Source: Puccinia triticina
Taxonomy: Eukaryota
Reading direction: 5' to 3'
NCBI GenBank assembly: GCA_026914245.1
Contig: CP110440.1
Location: forward strand, 744,001 to 808,000
Length of the DNA: 64,000 nucleotides
The notes under the pieces were generated by a model that saw nothing but the letters and a program-made list of their open reading frames with translations, did not search any database and was not told the origin of the DNA. Shown piece after piece: positions 26,365-39,500 of this stretch; the stretch's first letter is position 1; each line of letters starts with the position of its first letter. Position numbers and translations under genes: made by a program.

Positions 26365-26611
26365 GACAAAGAATTAGGTTCTAGTGGTGGCTACTTGTAC
26401 ATCATAGACGGGGCAACATTGCTTCTCTTGTACTGTTTGTCTTTTTTTAGTGAAGTAACTATTTTGTAAAGTTGGACCAATGCTCCACGGATGCGTGGAT
26501 ATTCAGGACATTAGCGGTGTGAGGTGAGCAGTAGCCATTGTAATGTGCCCGGACTCAGTGTGGTACTTTGGCTGTGTTTTAATTTACGCGGCGCAGCCGC
26601 GATTTCCCTAG

Positions 26612-26822
26612 TTTAATATAAACCCAAGGGGGGTACCTTGGATTTATATTTCATCAGTTCAGATCACCCAAGTTTAAATTGGTTAAGTGCATCCCAGTTT
26701 AACTGGGATAGCCTCAACCCATCCAATTGTGCTGGTAGTGCTGATCAGGTCCGCCAAAACTTGATCAGATGTCACAAAACTCCAGATTATATTGCGCAAT
26801 TATATTGGCTCCAAACGGGGCC
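26612..26822. mobile_element. PIF/Harbinger MITE right arm, the apparent Helitron insertion target
   Basis: Ends ttatattggctccaaacggggcc|taa; central hairpin at about 26615-26650; inverted similarity to 15716-15880. Confidence 0.65.
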
Positions 26823-27050
26823 TAATTGTACATTTCCTGAAAATGATTATTGAGGGGGTTTTCCACGTTTAAAAATGGATTTTTGGGGCCCCATAACTGC
26901 ACAGGGAACATAATTTTCCCCTTTTAGATGAATTTTTTTGAGCTCTCTGTCTGCAGGTGTTCCTCATATTTTGCTGGCATTTACCAGCAAGCTGGTTTTG
27001 TAACAGTTCAAACAGATAGCCTTTGTTGGAACCCAGTATTGCACTCCTAC

Positions 27051-27645
27051 CAACACCACAACAGCTGCACTGAGCACAGCGGGAAGCGTAGCAAAAGCGC
27101 AGCGCTTCTTGCCGCGCTACACTATGTTTTTAGCAGCGGGCAGCCGCTGTGCTCTTTGCTGATTCATCTTCAAGGAACAATGTGAAGATTTCAGCAAGCT
27201 TTTTTCAGTGGCAGGCAGCGGTATTTTGCTGTGCTGGCCGCTGAGATAGCAGAAAACCGCTGCGCTGGGTGCTAAAAAGCGGGAAGACAGCTGAAATAGC
27301 AATAATTGATTGCTGAGCGCTGAAACAGCAGAAAAATGCTGTGCTGAGCACTGAAAATTGGCAATTTCTGCTGATCCCCGCTCTTCAGCGCACAAAAGCG
27401 CAGGGTTTTCTGCGCTCTGGACTGACTCCATTCTTGGCAAAAAAGTGACTCAGTTGCCAATACGGCTGCGGCCTACTGCACGTAGTGCAGGCCAATTTAC
27501 GCTCAGTGGAAAGTTTGCTGCGCTGGCACTGAAAACAGCGCCCGACCGCTGACGCTATTGCTGTTTGGCTCCAGGAACAGCGGATGGCTGCTGCGCTGCG
27601 CTATTTTGGCGCTTTTGTCAGCAAAGCGCAGCTGTTGTGGTGTTG
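27051..27645. mobile_element. Non-autonomous hAT-like element with 7-bp TSD
   Basis: TIRs caacaccacaacagctgc / gcagctgttgtggtgttg. TSD ctcctac at 27044-27050 and 27646-27652. Internal cagc/gctg repeats. Confidence 0.85.
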
Positions 27646-27658
27646 CTCCTACCCTTCA

Positions 27659-28707
27659 CACTAAAAAAAATTCTTATTTTGCCCAAAAAAAAATTAAAGT
27701 CAACATGAAAAAAATAAAACCAAAATTTCACTCAGGGGAACAAACTGAGCATGCTGAGCCAAAAAAATAAAATGTCCAAAACTGAGCAAAAATCATTGGA
27801 CAATGTTTTGGGATGGTTTTTTTTCATGGGCCTGGCGGGCCTGGAGTGGGCTTGAGCGGGCCTTGAACGGACCTGAGACAGGCCTGCCCCAAAAGCACAT
27901 TGGGTCAGTATTAAAGGAGTTTTGCCTTGCCCTGGGAGCTTCTGGGGCTTTTGATGGGCCCAAAATCTCACCATGGGCTTTTGATGGTCTAGAAGTATCA
28001 ACCCAGGCCACTGAATAGCCCATGGGCCTTTGAATTCCCAGAAAGCCCACTATGAGCCCCCACATAGCTAATGGGCTCTTGGTAGCCCATGATGATCTCC
28101 ATGGGCCAACAAATACCCTCATGGGCTTTTGGTGGCCCATGAAGATCTCCATGGGCCAACAGATATCCTCATGGGCTTTTGGTGGTCCAAAAAGCTCCCC
28201 ATGGGCTTTTTGTGGCCCAAAAAGGAAGCAAAAAGACCATGGGATCCCATGATGGAAGTATCTGTTGGGCCATAGGGATCTTCATGGGCCACCAAGAGCC
28301 CATTAGCTATGTGGGGGCTCATGGTGGGCTTTCTGGGAATTCAAAGGCCCATGGGCTATTCAGTGGCCCGGGTTGATACTTCTAGACCACCAAAAGCCCA
28401 TCTTGAGATTTTGGGCCCATCAAAAGCCCCAGAAGCTCCCATGGCAAGGCAAGACTCCTTGAATACTGACCCAATGTGCTTTTGGGGCAGGCCCGTCTCA
28501 GGCCTGCTCAAGCCCGCTCCAGGCCCGCCAGGCCCGTGAAAAAAAAACCATCCCAAAACATTGTCCAATGATTTTTGCTCAGTTTGGGACATTTTACTTT
28601 TTTGGCTCAGCATGCTCAGTTTGTTCCCTTGAGTGAAATTTTGGTATTATTTTTTTCATGTTGACTTTTATTTTTTTTGGGGGGCAAAATAATAAATGTT
28701 TGTAGTG
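27659..28707. mobile_element. Fold-back (about 1.05 kb palindromic) non-autonomous element with CACTA termini
   Basis: Starts cacta at 27659 and ends tagtg at 28707. Arms of about 500 bp are inverted copies. Flanks tca/gca could be a degenerate 3-bp TSD. Confidence 0.7.
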
Positions 28708-29279
28708 GCAGGCAGTAGGAAGCACTGGAAGAGGATATTGTGCTGCTTTTTTTTGAGCAGTCCAGATCAAAGAACAGGATGGTTTGATTTTTTTTGGTGG
28801 TAAAAAAAAGGCTGAATCTTTGTTTTTAAGATAGTCTATCAGGGTCCAGGGCTTTCTTATCTTGTTTTTACTTTTCATGCTACATACATTTCACACACAT
28901 TTCACATGTATTTTAGTCTACCTGAGGCAGCAGAAGTGCAAAGGTTTCTCCCTCATCCTTCCACAACCATCACCACTTGACCTCATCTTGTGTCCACTGC
29001 TTCTAACTCATCATGTGTTGGTGGTGTGGTTGAGTTTGCAAAGGGTGAGATGAGGAAAGTTCTAGCTTTGAATCTGAGACAGCTCAGGATCTGGTTAAAG
29101 AATTGGGTTTAGGAAGGTAACAAGTAGACCCGGGTACCCGCGGTGGGTCCGGGTACTGTCTGTTTTTTTGGCCTCAAACGGACACCTGAACATGCCTGGG
29201 CAGCCAGGGGCGGGTACACAGGTACTTGTTGCAAGTACCCACGGGTACCTGCTTATCAAAAGAAGCCTAGTTGGGCCCT

Positions 29280-29690
29280 TCAATGACCCTCTGTTCCGGT
29301 CATTGAGCTGAGTGTTTACTCCTCTTGATAACTGGTTATCCACTCAATGACCCAACCAAGTTATTGAGTGGAGTGTGTATGCACTCAATGACAAGATGAA
29401 AAGGTCATTGAGTGGAGTGTGTGCACTCAATGACCAGGTTGATCAGTGAGTGGAGTGTGTATCCACTCAATGACCCAGTCCGGCCATTGAGTGGAGTGTG
29501 TATCCACTCAATGACCCAGTCCGGCCATTGAGTGGAGTGTGTATCCACTCAATGACCCAGTCCGGCCATTGAGTGGAGTGTGTATCCACTTGATGAACCA
29601 GTCCAGCCATTGAGTGGAGTGTATAACATCCATTTGATGACCCAATGACTGGGTCATCAAGTGGAGTGTGTATCCACCTAATGACCAGAC
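29280..29690. repeat. 41-bp tandem repeat with internal palindrome (ccactcaatg...cattgagtgg)
   Basis: Near-perfect units actcaatgacccagtccggccattgagtggagtgtgtatcc at 29465-29590. Same family as 54750-55497 and 56959-57330. Confidence 0.85.
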
Positions 29691-30690
29691 CACAGCATCA
29701 CAGTGACTTGATTTGCACGGAGTGCCTTGGGAATTCTTGTCATGCGTTGGTCGCAAGTTTCCCACACAGTTTCCTGCGTGTGTGTCCCAAGAGACACCCC
29801 ACATTTGTCTGGGCCCATGGGGAACAAAGACACGGACAGCTTTATCTTGGCGATCCGGCGCAAAATACCTGCGTACATGGGAGGCATGGGGACCAGTGGG
29901 TTAGGAATTCTAGTTGATGCAAATCCAGGAGGGTTGGAAGTGATCAATAGCAGTCATTAAAAAAAACTGACATGACTCACTGATAACAGGTTTGTTTTTG
30001 AGTGGTTGGGGGACCAGGAGGACTGAAACTGCAGCAGAGAGAAGTAGATCAGCCATGATTGGATGGCCCAGAGGGGGGGGGACTGCAACAGGGACTCACC
30101 AACAGCGGAGAGAAGCCTTTTGAGCGGTTGGGGATCCGGGATGGCTGGCTGGCGGTCCGGCTGGAATGTGGTTGGGTTCAATTGGGCGGGGAGGTGGGGT
30201 TGGGTAAGGGGACATTTTGGAGGGGGCAAGGGCGGGGGTATGGGAGAGAAGGAGTTGGAAGAATACAGGCCGGGGGGCTGAAAAAAATTGTTTGTTGGAT
30301 TCACAGGGTTCTGGAACCGTAAGCTTTTTGAGAATGGCTGTATGTACATACAGTTGGTAGACAATTGTATCCACCACACCTTTTTGGACTCTAGAATCTC
30401 CCCCCACAAACTTCAAGTCATTCCTTTCAGTGAGATAGTTCAAAATAGGCTTACAAAGATGAATATGAGAAAATAAAAATGAAAAAAACAAAGTTGTGAT
30501 TTTTGAAAAAGTTGAAAAAACACCATTTTTATTCTTCTTTTCAGAGAAAGGTGAATAGACAGAAAGCAAGAATAGAACATGGAAAGAATGATAATAAATG
30601 AAAAAATGCAACCCAAAAAAGTTTTCGCTTGGTGGGTGGACAATCTGCAGTCAAAATGAGGACATTACAGTGCCAGAATGCCAGGTATGC

Positions 30691-32472
30691 TAGAGATGGC
30701 CATTTTGCATCCGGATACTGGCGCCTGTTTGGGTATACAAGGCCCAGTTCCCCCAATTCTTGACATCTACATCCACTGGCAGATTCCCCCATGTCTGAGC
30801 GGATACCCGTGCGGGTATCAGGGGATACCTGCCCCTTAAAACTTGGAAATTGAGAGAGGGGGGAATCCCTCCTTCTTGTGGCAGGGGTTTTACACATACT
30901 CTCTGCAACCAACCTCAACAACCTGAAGGAATCCCATCAGGGGTTGCTTCTGGTTGCAGAGGTTATGCAACTTTGGCAACCGGTGTGGTAGACGGAAAAG
31001 TGGGAAAATAAAAAGTTTTTCTATGCCACATAATTACTCATACTAGGCCTAAAGATACCATCAAATGTACCCTAGAAATGGATTCTACGGCCAATTTCAC
31101 CTCTAGTCACCACTGGAAGCACCCCTGGACCCCCTCTAGTGTGGAAGTTACACCTCATGGACACCTATCACACGGCCAGCCCCAGTAACCCAGCTGTCAC
31201 CTGCTTCAACCCAAGTTTCACAGTAGTACACTTATACATATCACAGGATACGTACCTGTCAGGCTACGCTCATTACATATTAGCTAAATACACTTGTTTA
31301 TATACATACTCATGCAGTCTACTGTCACCTCATGCATGCGTTAGAATGTTCTTTTGTATATTCTGACATCATGTATGCACCCCTGGCATATTTAGAATGT
31401 TCTGTGGTATATTCTGACACCATTCATGCACCCCTGAGGGGTTATGACATCATTTGTATCTACTCCCACCAGCTAAAATCCCTCACCCTGTTGTCTAGAT
31501 TAGCTGAAACCCTAACCCACAAGCCCCTTTGGGGCTCCACTTTTGTCTATAAAAGGAGCTCTCTCCACCCCCAGTGGCCTGCTCCCCAGTTCCTCACCCA
31601 GAACTCACAAGTCACCCAACACTCATCCACACTCAAATCCTAAAACCCTTATAACAATAAATCAACCCTTATAACAACAATTCAACCCTTATAACAAAGT
31701 AATTAAAACACTTACACGGTGTCAGTCAAACAGATTTCATCTGGAACAAACCAGACCTATCACTTAATAAAAATTGCCAAGCTGAGCTTGGTGGGTCTTG
31801 TTTACTGATAACAGAAGGGCAGAGCTTGCAACTCCATCATACCCTTCACCATTCAGCAAAAGGGTTTCATTACCACTTTTGAGTCTTACACCGGAAGGAA
31901 TCCCTCCAGTTGCCAAGTTGGTATGACCTCTTCAACCGGAAGTAATTCCTTTGGGTTGTCAAGGTTGTATTGCCTCTATGCTGGAGGGGCTTCCTTCCAG
32001 TTGCAGAGGTCATACATGCAACCAGAAGGAATCCCCTCTGGGTGCAGAGGTAGTACAGCCTCAACAACCAGAGGGAATCAATTCCGGTTGCATAGGTTCT
32101 AGATATAACCTTGGCGACTGGAAGGAATTCCATTCAGGTTGCATAGGTCATACAACCTTGGCTACTGGAGGGATTCCTTCCGCTCACCAAGGTTGCATAA
32201 CCTCTGTGACCGGAAGGAACCCCTCTGGTTGCAGAGGTAAGACAACCTCAACAGCCGGAAGGGATCAAATTTTCTTGTCTTCAAGGTCAAAAAACCTCAA
32301 GGACTGGCGGGGGTTCCCTTCTGCTCGAAGGGGTGGGCGGATGTGGCTGACCAATATATACAGGTATCTACTGGATTTTCCCAGGATCTCAGACATCCGC
32401 ATCCGCTGGCGGATACCTGCTGGCCTGAGTGGATAGCAGATACCCACAGTGGGTGAAAAGTGACCATCTCTA
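30691..32472. mobile_element. Non-autonomous hAT element with canonical 8-bp TSD
   Basis: TIRs tagagatggcc / tgaccatctcta. TSD aggtatgc at 30683-30690 and 32473-32480. Subterminal cggatac repeats and an internal 40-bp-class repeat array. Confidence 0.85.
30984..31890 (+). mobile_element. Solo LTR-like element (second family), 4-bp CCGG TSD, nested in the hAT element
   Basis: Termini tgtggtag...cttaca; ccgg at 30980-30983 and 31891-31894. The empty host unit caaccggaag is seen at about 31933. TATA-like tataaaag near 31548. Confidence 0.75.
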
Positions 32473-32526
32473 AGGTATGCTGATGAATGACTCACTCCAC
32501 ACATCTTTTGAACCACATAGAAATAA

Positions 32527-32911
32527 GGCCCTGTTTGGAGCCAATATAAATATAGGTGACATAATCATTTGTAAATTCAATAAAAAATACAAAACTCAAC
32601 ATAAAGAATCCAATTTTTTTTGTAGGAAACCTACAGTACTGGTCTCATCAACTATGAAGTCAGATTTAACTGATTCAGCCATCTTCAGCACCATAATACC
32701 ATTAGATTGCTTTGTTTTGGTCAAAAGCAATATAATGGTACTACAGTACTGAATATGGCTGAATCAGTTGAATCTGACTTCATAATTGAAGAGACCAGTA
32801 TTTTAGGTTGCCTAGAAAAAATATTTGGAGGCTTTATGTTGAATTTTGTAGTTTTCATTGAATTAACCAATGATTATATCACCTATATTTATATCGGCTC
32901 CAAACAAAGCC
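32527..32911. mobile_element. PIF/Harbinger (Tourist-like) palindromic MITE
   Basis: taa|ggccctgtttggagcc...ggctccaaacaaagcc|taa; the whole element is a hairpin. Confidence 0.85.
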
Positions 32912-33209
32912 TAATTTTTTTCTAATTTTTGACTTATCATCATTGATTTCAGTCTCATACTATCCTTCCCCAACCTTCAAATTGTTTTGAGAAAATTATT
33001 GCATTTTTTTTTTTAATTTTTGTAAATTACATAACTTTGATTTTTGTTTTTATTTTTTCATATTTGTGTTTTGAAGACTATTTTGAACCATCTCACCAAT
33101 ACTAGTTAGTGACTTGAAGTTGGTTGGTTGAGTTTCTATGGTTCAAAAATGGTGTGGTGTATAAAATTGTCTACCCACTGTACACCGTGATCCCAACCCG
33201 TCCCAACCC

Positions 33210-33862
33210 CAAGCGTAACAAAGCCCACAGCACCGCCAAGCTGTAGGTGCAAGCGGGGCTTACGACTAACACTGAGATTCTCGCATGAGAGAATCTCAAA
33301 ATGAAGCATGGGAATTCTTTCTCTTTGATTATAAAATCAGGTTTCCATTTTCTCCCATCCATATTCTATCCCAGCTGAGCGCCAGCATCTTGGCTACAAT
33401 CCTACATAGGTAGCCACCCCCCAAGTGTTTTCATTTATTTTCTATCTTTGTTGGAAATTAGTGATTTCTTGAAGACTTTTCCAACTTTTACAGTTTTATC
33501 TCCCACCTAAATTAAATCTTAATTCAAAACACACTTCCCTTGCCAGTAAGCGGCCAAGTATCTCAAACTTTGAATATTCTTTGGGGACAAGGGCAATGGA
33601 ATCCCAAAATTCTGAAGAGACAGTTGGATTCAGAAAAATACAAGCTTTGATTTGTTAAGATGAAACATGAACTTGTCAAAAACTCTGGTTTGCAGGTGGT
33701 GATTACATCGGCCACCACCAAAACATCCAGATTCTCTCAGGCCAAAATGCCTGATAATTCATAAGTCCTCTCCCTGCGGGAGAGATCTTGATGCTATGCA
33801 TCTCTCCCAGGCCAAATGGGTGCCCCCCGGCCGCTTTGGGGACGAGGGCTTAGATACGTTCG
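33210..33862. mobile_element. Second non-autonomous element with about 9-bp TSD and subterminal stem-loops (AcademH- or Mutator-like)
   Basis: Direct repeat tcccaaccc at 33201-33209 and 33863-33871, extendable to 12 bp. Termini caagcgtaacaaagccc / gggcttagatacgttcg. Inner inverted motif tgagagaatct / agattctctca. Confidence 0.65.
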
Positions 33863-36540
33863 TCCCAACCCCTTTTCCAACTCATTTTGGCCAAAGAAAA
33901 CCAAAAAACTGGCCCTAAAATTCTGGACGGGGGTCCCCGGGGGGTATCTCTTGTACGGTATGTACACAGCGGGCCCACGGCAACCAATAGGGGACGCACC
34001 TGGATGGTTGCAGCGACCCCGCAACAAGGGGACGTTGGGGTGCGTTGCGGTCAAGGTAGTCAGGTCCCACGCAGCGGGGACGCGACCCGTGAGAGTCCTG
34101 GATAGGTGGCACGACGGGGGAAGTAGGTCCCCGGAACGCACTTCTGAATGTATGACCCGAGCTCATCCCACCGGATTGTGGACTGAAAGATTATCCGGTC
34201 AGATCACGTGGGTCATTTTATCCGGCCACATGACTCAAATGGGGTCCGGACACTGACCCGTGAGAAACCCGCCAGATATTCCTTTTTATTTATTTCAATT
34301 TTTCTTGGGTCAAGTTACAGCAAAGGGGGAAGAATACAAGGATGGGGGTCCAGGGGACATCATTGGAGCGGGGGGTACATAGGAGATTGCACAGGAGGCA
34401 GGCTGCTGGTGGAAGAGGTGAGAGTTCCGGGTGCATTTGCGACTGGATGAGATGGAGGAGAAACTGGAGCAAGGGGAGACCTCGGGCGTAGACAGTGCGG
34501 GAAGCCGTTGGCGGGGCCGGATGTGGTGGCTCGCTGTTCGGAATTGATAGGAGAGGCTGGATGGGCATTCATAGCATGGGGGAGGGTGGTTGTGAGGTGA
34601 GCAGGGAGGCATGGTCATTTATAATATCATTGCAGCAAAGTCAGTTGTTGCTGCTGGAGAGTAATGTCAACAGCAGTCTGGGAGGAGCCGAGGTCTGGCC
34701 CTCAGCGGTGGGGAGATCAGGTTCTGGACGGGAAGATAATGGGCAAGTGACCAGCGGGAGTGAATCACACTTCTACACCACGGGAGTGCGCCGACGTCGG
34801 TTTGCTGATTGTTTCTGCCGGCAACCTGACCCTCCCCGACCCGGCCAAACCTTCCTGCTGGCCGCCGTCGTGGTGTTGCGGTTTGCAGCCACAGTGTCGG
34901 GCCTACCACAAGCGCTGCCGCATATCTGACGGCAGCAGGGGCAGCCCGCCAATGTCCCGACCCTCGTGAGATACCATCTCGCGATGCCTGAGACATCGTG
35001 AGATGGCGTCCCGCGGTCGGGCTGCCCCGCCCAATGGGATGGGCAGGCAATCGTCAGGCCGCCATCCCAAGGGGCCTGTTCACACGGCCGTGAGATGGGG
35101 ACCTGCGGTCGGGGCGCCCAGGGCTTGCCGTCAAGCCAACCAGACAGCTTGACCGGATGGGGGTGCTGCTTGACCGATCCGCTGTCCGAGGATTATAGGA
35201 CGGATGGGGGAACTGCTTGACTGATCCGGTGTCTGAGGATTAGAGGACCGTTCACTCATGTCCGACGGACTACCGGAGCATGCCATACGGCTCAACAGTC
35301 CGAATTGCTTGCTGCTGAACGTTTGGTCGGACAGATAATCATTTCATAGGCTATGACCATGTCTATATACAAGTGAGCGACCCCCGTCAAATAACAGGGC
35401 AGGACAAAAGAGATAAAGAAACGACCCCGGATGGGGACCTGAGTTGTGTGATATAGAGGCGTAACAACAAGAAGGAAAGAGAGAGATACAACACCCCAAC
35501 ATTTGGTTGGGGTAACAGACAGGTCCAGTTCGGACGACTTGAGCAATGTGTCGGCGAGGGAGTTAAGCGGCGGGTGTGCGGTTCGACCTCAGCCGCAACC
35601 TCATCAGGGGTTGGGAGCTTGAATCCTTAGGATTCACAACATTGTAGATTGTACCTTGACCGTGCGGCGGTTGATCCATGGCTGCTTGTTTGTTGCTGGT
35701 GCGGCCTCGTGGGCACGGGTGAGTGCTCTCTCGGAGATGAGTGGAGCCTTTGGAGGTGAAGATGAGGGAAGATGAAGGGGAGGAGACAAGGGTGGGATCA
35801 AACCAGGGGGACATAAATTATAAAGTCCCGATCAAAGGGGGAAAAAAGTGGGTGCTGCGGACTGCTTTGATTCAATTTCCCAGCAGCTGACCATGCAAGG
35901 CTTTGTGGTTCAGCTGGTCAATGACCAAGCGGCTGTCCTTAGGGACTCTTACGGTCGGGCTGCCAGCTTGCATGCTGGGCAGCTGACCGACAGCCTGTGA
36001 GATTGTCGGGCTGCCGACAATCTTGGGCGTTGGTTAACCGGCAGGTGACCGTCAAAGGCCTGGGAAACACCTGGCGGCAGTCTGCCGGGTGCGGACCAGG
36101 TCAGCCAGTGGGCAGCAGACCGTCCGGTCGAGCCAGCAATTGTCCGCCCGGCAACAGACCGGCAGACCGGCGGTGGATCAACCTTGGTCAAGCCACCGTG
36201 GGTCCTGCCGGCAACACCCGGGCAGACAGGCGGCGGATTGACCGAAGTCAGTCCGCCGTACCTCTTGACGTCAAGAGGTACGGCGGACTGACTGTCTCGA
36301 CACCCCGACAACGGGCTGCCCTGTTTTCACACGGTAGCCCAACGTGGGCCCCTTTGTCGTCGGGTTGTCGGTCCGAGGGAGCTCAAATCGCTCTCTTGGT
36401 GTATTTAAAACTCAAAAAATCCTGGAGCCCCTCCGGAAAGGGCTCCGCTGCTTGAAAACGACCATCAAAGGCAAACCTGTGGGTGCGAGCCGGGGCTGGG
36501 CCCCCAGGGAAGGGGCTACACTACCACTGGGTGTCGGCGG

Positions 36541-39500
36541 TGTAGAGCTGTGGATCCTAGAGTCTGAGTGGATGATAGAAAAACTCCCCCAAGGGACATA
36601 ATATTTCGAATGAGTGAAGGTATATATAGTGCAATGTAAATACATACTTGGGTTGATGAGCAAAGGTAAAACCATGAGAAACTATAAATATAGAAAATAT
36701 GCTAATGTAGGAATGTGACAGCATGAGAAAGTATACAAATAGAAATAAAACCATATTTTGACATAACACTCCCCCCCTCATCAACCACGGAAAAACAGAA
36801 AAGACACAAAAATGGAAGAAATACAAAATAATCAGAAAGAAATGAGTACGAAAATCAAAAGAGACAAAACAAAGAAACAATAAATAGGTGAAGAAATTGA
36901 AGTATAAGAAAAGTAAGAGAAGATATGAAGGCTTATTGGAAAGAAAGACAGTAAAAAATTCCAGTCGATGACAACGCCCCGCCGAGATCTGCACAATATA
37001 AGATGTATATGGTTAGCATCCAAAGAACCAATCAGTCGCCGACGCCGGTTTGGGGTCCTGAAAGGAGACGAACAGATGCGGGGGGTGCATGTTCATCGCA
37101 GCCAGCGCATACTTCCCCCCCTTTACTTGCCAATGTGGAGGATTGCAAACGCAATCCGACTGCCGCTAAAAACTCCGAAACTTTCCACCACCCGAGAGCC
37201 TTGGTGAAGATATCAGCCAGTTGATTGTTGGTGGAGATCCATTCGAGGCGGACCTTCTTCAGATAAAGAAGTTCATTGATGACATGGAACTCCCGATCCA
37301 CATGGCGGTGTTCCTTTTGAGTGCGACAATCCGAGCTGATTTGAACGGCGGCCTTATTGTCGCAAAGCATCAACGGAGGAGGCAGGTCGAAAAAATGAGA
37401 GATGATTGACGATAAGACACAGGTGTCCTTTGAAGCAAAAGACAGCGCCATATATTCCGCCTGACACATGGATCGCGCCACACATGTCTGTCTTTTGGAG
37501 GACCATGAAACTGGCGCCCCCCATACTGTCGAGATGAACCCGTGTACTGAGCAAGATGCCTCGCCACCCCAGTTGGCGTCGACGTAAGTGTTAATGCCAT
37601 CGTTGAGGGGACGGGAAGCGACAATTGGCAGTGCGAGGTTAGCACTATAACGGATATATGAGATAAGGTGATCAAGAGCCGCCCAGTGCAATGCATCCGG
37701 TACCATGGAGAACCTAGCGAGGAAATTCACTGCAAAAGTGATGTCTGGTCGTGAACCCGCGGCTAGATAAAGCAGACAACCAACACGAGAGAGATATTTG
37801 ATATCCATTGAACCGTCCGAAGGATTTGATTGAAGGTCTGTCAAGGCGATAGGGGTGCGAGTCTTGATGGAGGATTGCTGCATAGATATGATTTTTTTGA
37901 TCAACATTGGTTGATCAATGGTGAAACCGCCTTTCACCTCTCGCACCCGGAGGCCAACAATGCTAGATAAGGATGAATCCCATTTCAGATCAAGCACCAA
38001 AGATAGACGTTCCTTTAGAGAGTCCAATAGTGCATGTGAACTAGCCGTGAACAAGCCATCATCTACATGCACCCATAGATACGCCATGTCAGCACCGGAT
38101 TGATAGATGTATGTCGACTGGTCCTCGAGGGCCGGGAAAAACCCAATTTTCTCCAATTGTGACTTCAGATGTAGCCACCAACACCGAGCCGCCTGGCGCG
38201 TTCCATACAATGCTTTTCGGAGCTTGAGGACACAACCTGGTTTGGTCTTTACACCTGGCGGAGGGCGAATAAAAACTTCATGGTCAATATCGCTGTGCAA
38301 AAAAGCGCTTTTGACGTCGAAAGAAGCCACAGGCCAACGGAGTCGCGACGCCATTGCCAGTAGGATCCGCAGCGCAGGAAACGTCGGGGTTGGCGCAAAA
38401 GTGTCGCCAAAATTCCTGCCGTGAATTTGCCTGAAACCTTGGGCCACAATCCGTGCCTTGAACTTTGAGATTTGTCCTTCCTGAGTCCGCTTAAGTGCAA
38501 AGACCCATTGGCATGTGAGGATGTCTCTGGCGTCCGCCTCGGGGACCTCCTCCCAAACTCGGAGATCAACCATCATTCCGACCTCCGCATCGATTGCGGC
38601 CTTCCATTCGGCCCGGAGCGTCGAGTTGATTGCTTGTTGATAGGTAAACGGAGCATCTGACGTGAAAGATGACTCTGAAATTGCAGACTCCAAAATCGCA
38701 TCCTGAAACTCCAATTCACGTAGCTCACTGAAATCCCCTAGGCGATCAACACGGATTGAGTTGAGAACCGCGTTGACTGACCCTGAATTAGTCATCTGGG
38801 ATGGGAGATCATCTTCATGAAAGATCACTGAGGCGCCACGTTCTAGCTTCTTCGAATTTGGGTTCCATAAGAGCCATCCATGCGAGTCATCAAGAACACC
38901 GACGTGAATGAGAGCCGTCGACCGCGGGACAAATTGCTTTGGGTAATTGATGTCATGGAGATACGCACGGCAACCAAACACCCAAACCATATCGAGAGAC
39001 GGCTTTTTCTTCAGCAAAAGTTCATAAGGGGATTTTTCAGCCCCGGTGTGGACAATGCGGTTGAAGATATACGCTGCTTGCTTGAAAGCCAAAAACCAAA
39101 GGGAATTAGGTAACTTAGCGTGTATTAAAAAAGTCCTCGCCATATCCAGAAGAGTCCGATTTGTCCGCTCGACATTTCCATTTTGATGGTGTTCATAGGG
39201 AACGCTCAACTCATGGCCAACATTGTTGTCTTTGAGAAACTTGTTAAACTTATTTGACGTTAGCTCGCCGGCATTGTCCGAGCGGATGATCTTTACTCGG
39301 TGCGGGGTGAGTTGATTGAAGTCGAGAATCCAGTCCGATACCGCCTTGCCAGCCGAGGCCTTGCTCTTTAAACCAACCACAGAAGTCATCCGCGAGAAGA
39401 TATCATGTATCACCAAACCGTAGGTGCTGCCATCAAGGGCCTCAGGGAAAGGGCCAACTAAATCTATGGCAACAATGTCACCAGGTGCATCTGCTAGCTC

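Larger units (their letters stand above)
16550..26611 (+). mobile_element. Helitron; 3' end firm, 5' end tentative
   Basis: 3' hairpin cgcggcgcagccgcg (26587-26601), then CTAG ending at 26611 followed by T. Candidate 5' A|TCTATC at 16550 is only a guess. Confidence 0.6.

Noticed and set aside
15716..26822. One 11-kb Harbinger element bounded by TAA and inverted arms, enclosing the Helitron
   Set aside because: The arms are only moderately similar and each has its own different central hairpin. TAA flanks all copies of this family. Halves of two separate MITEs are more likely.
27732..28878. Mirror-image ORFs on both strands
   Set aside because: A by-product of the fold-back palindrome, not genes.
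29280..29690. Palindromic 41-bp repeats resembling a CRISPR array (also 54750-57330 and 19600-20190)
   Set aside because: The units are contiguous with no unique spacers, there are no cas genes, and the context is eukaryotic.
33873..36540. GC-rich region with short ORFs, hairpins and ttgaccg/cggtcaa-type repeats
   Set aside because: Probably decayed TE sequence, but no termini, TSD or protein motif could be established.
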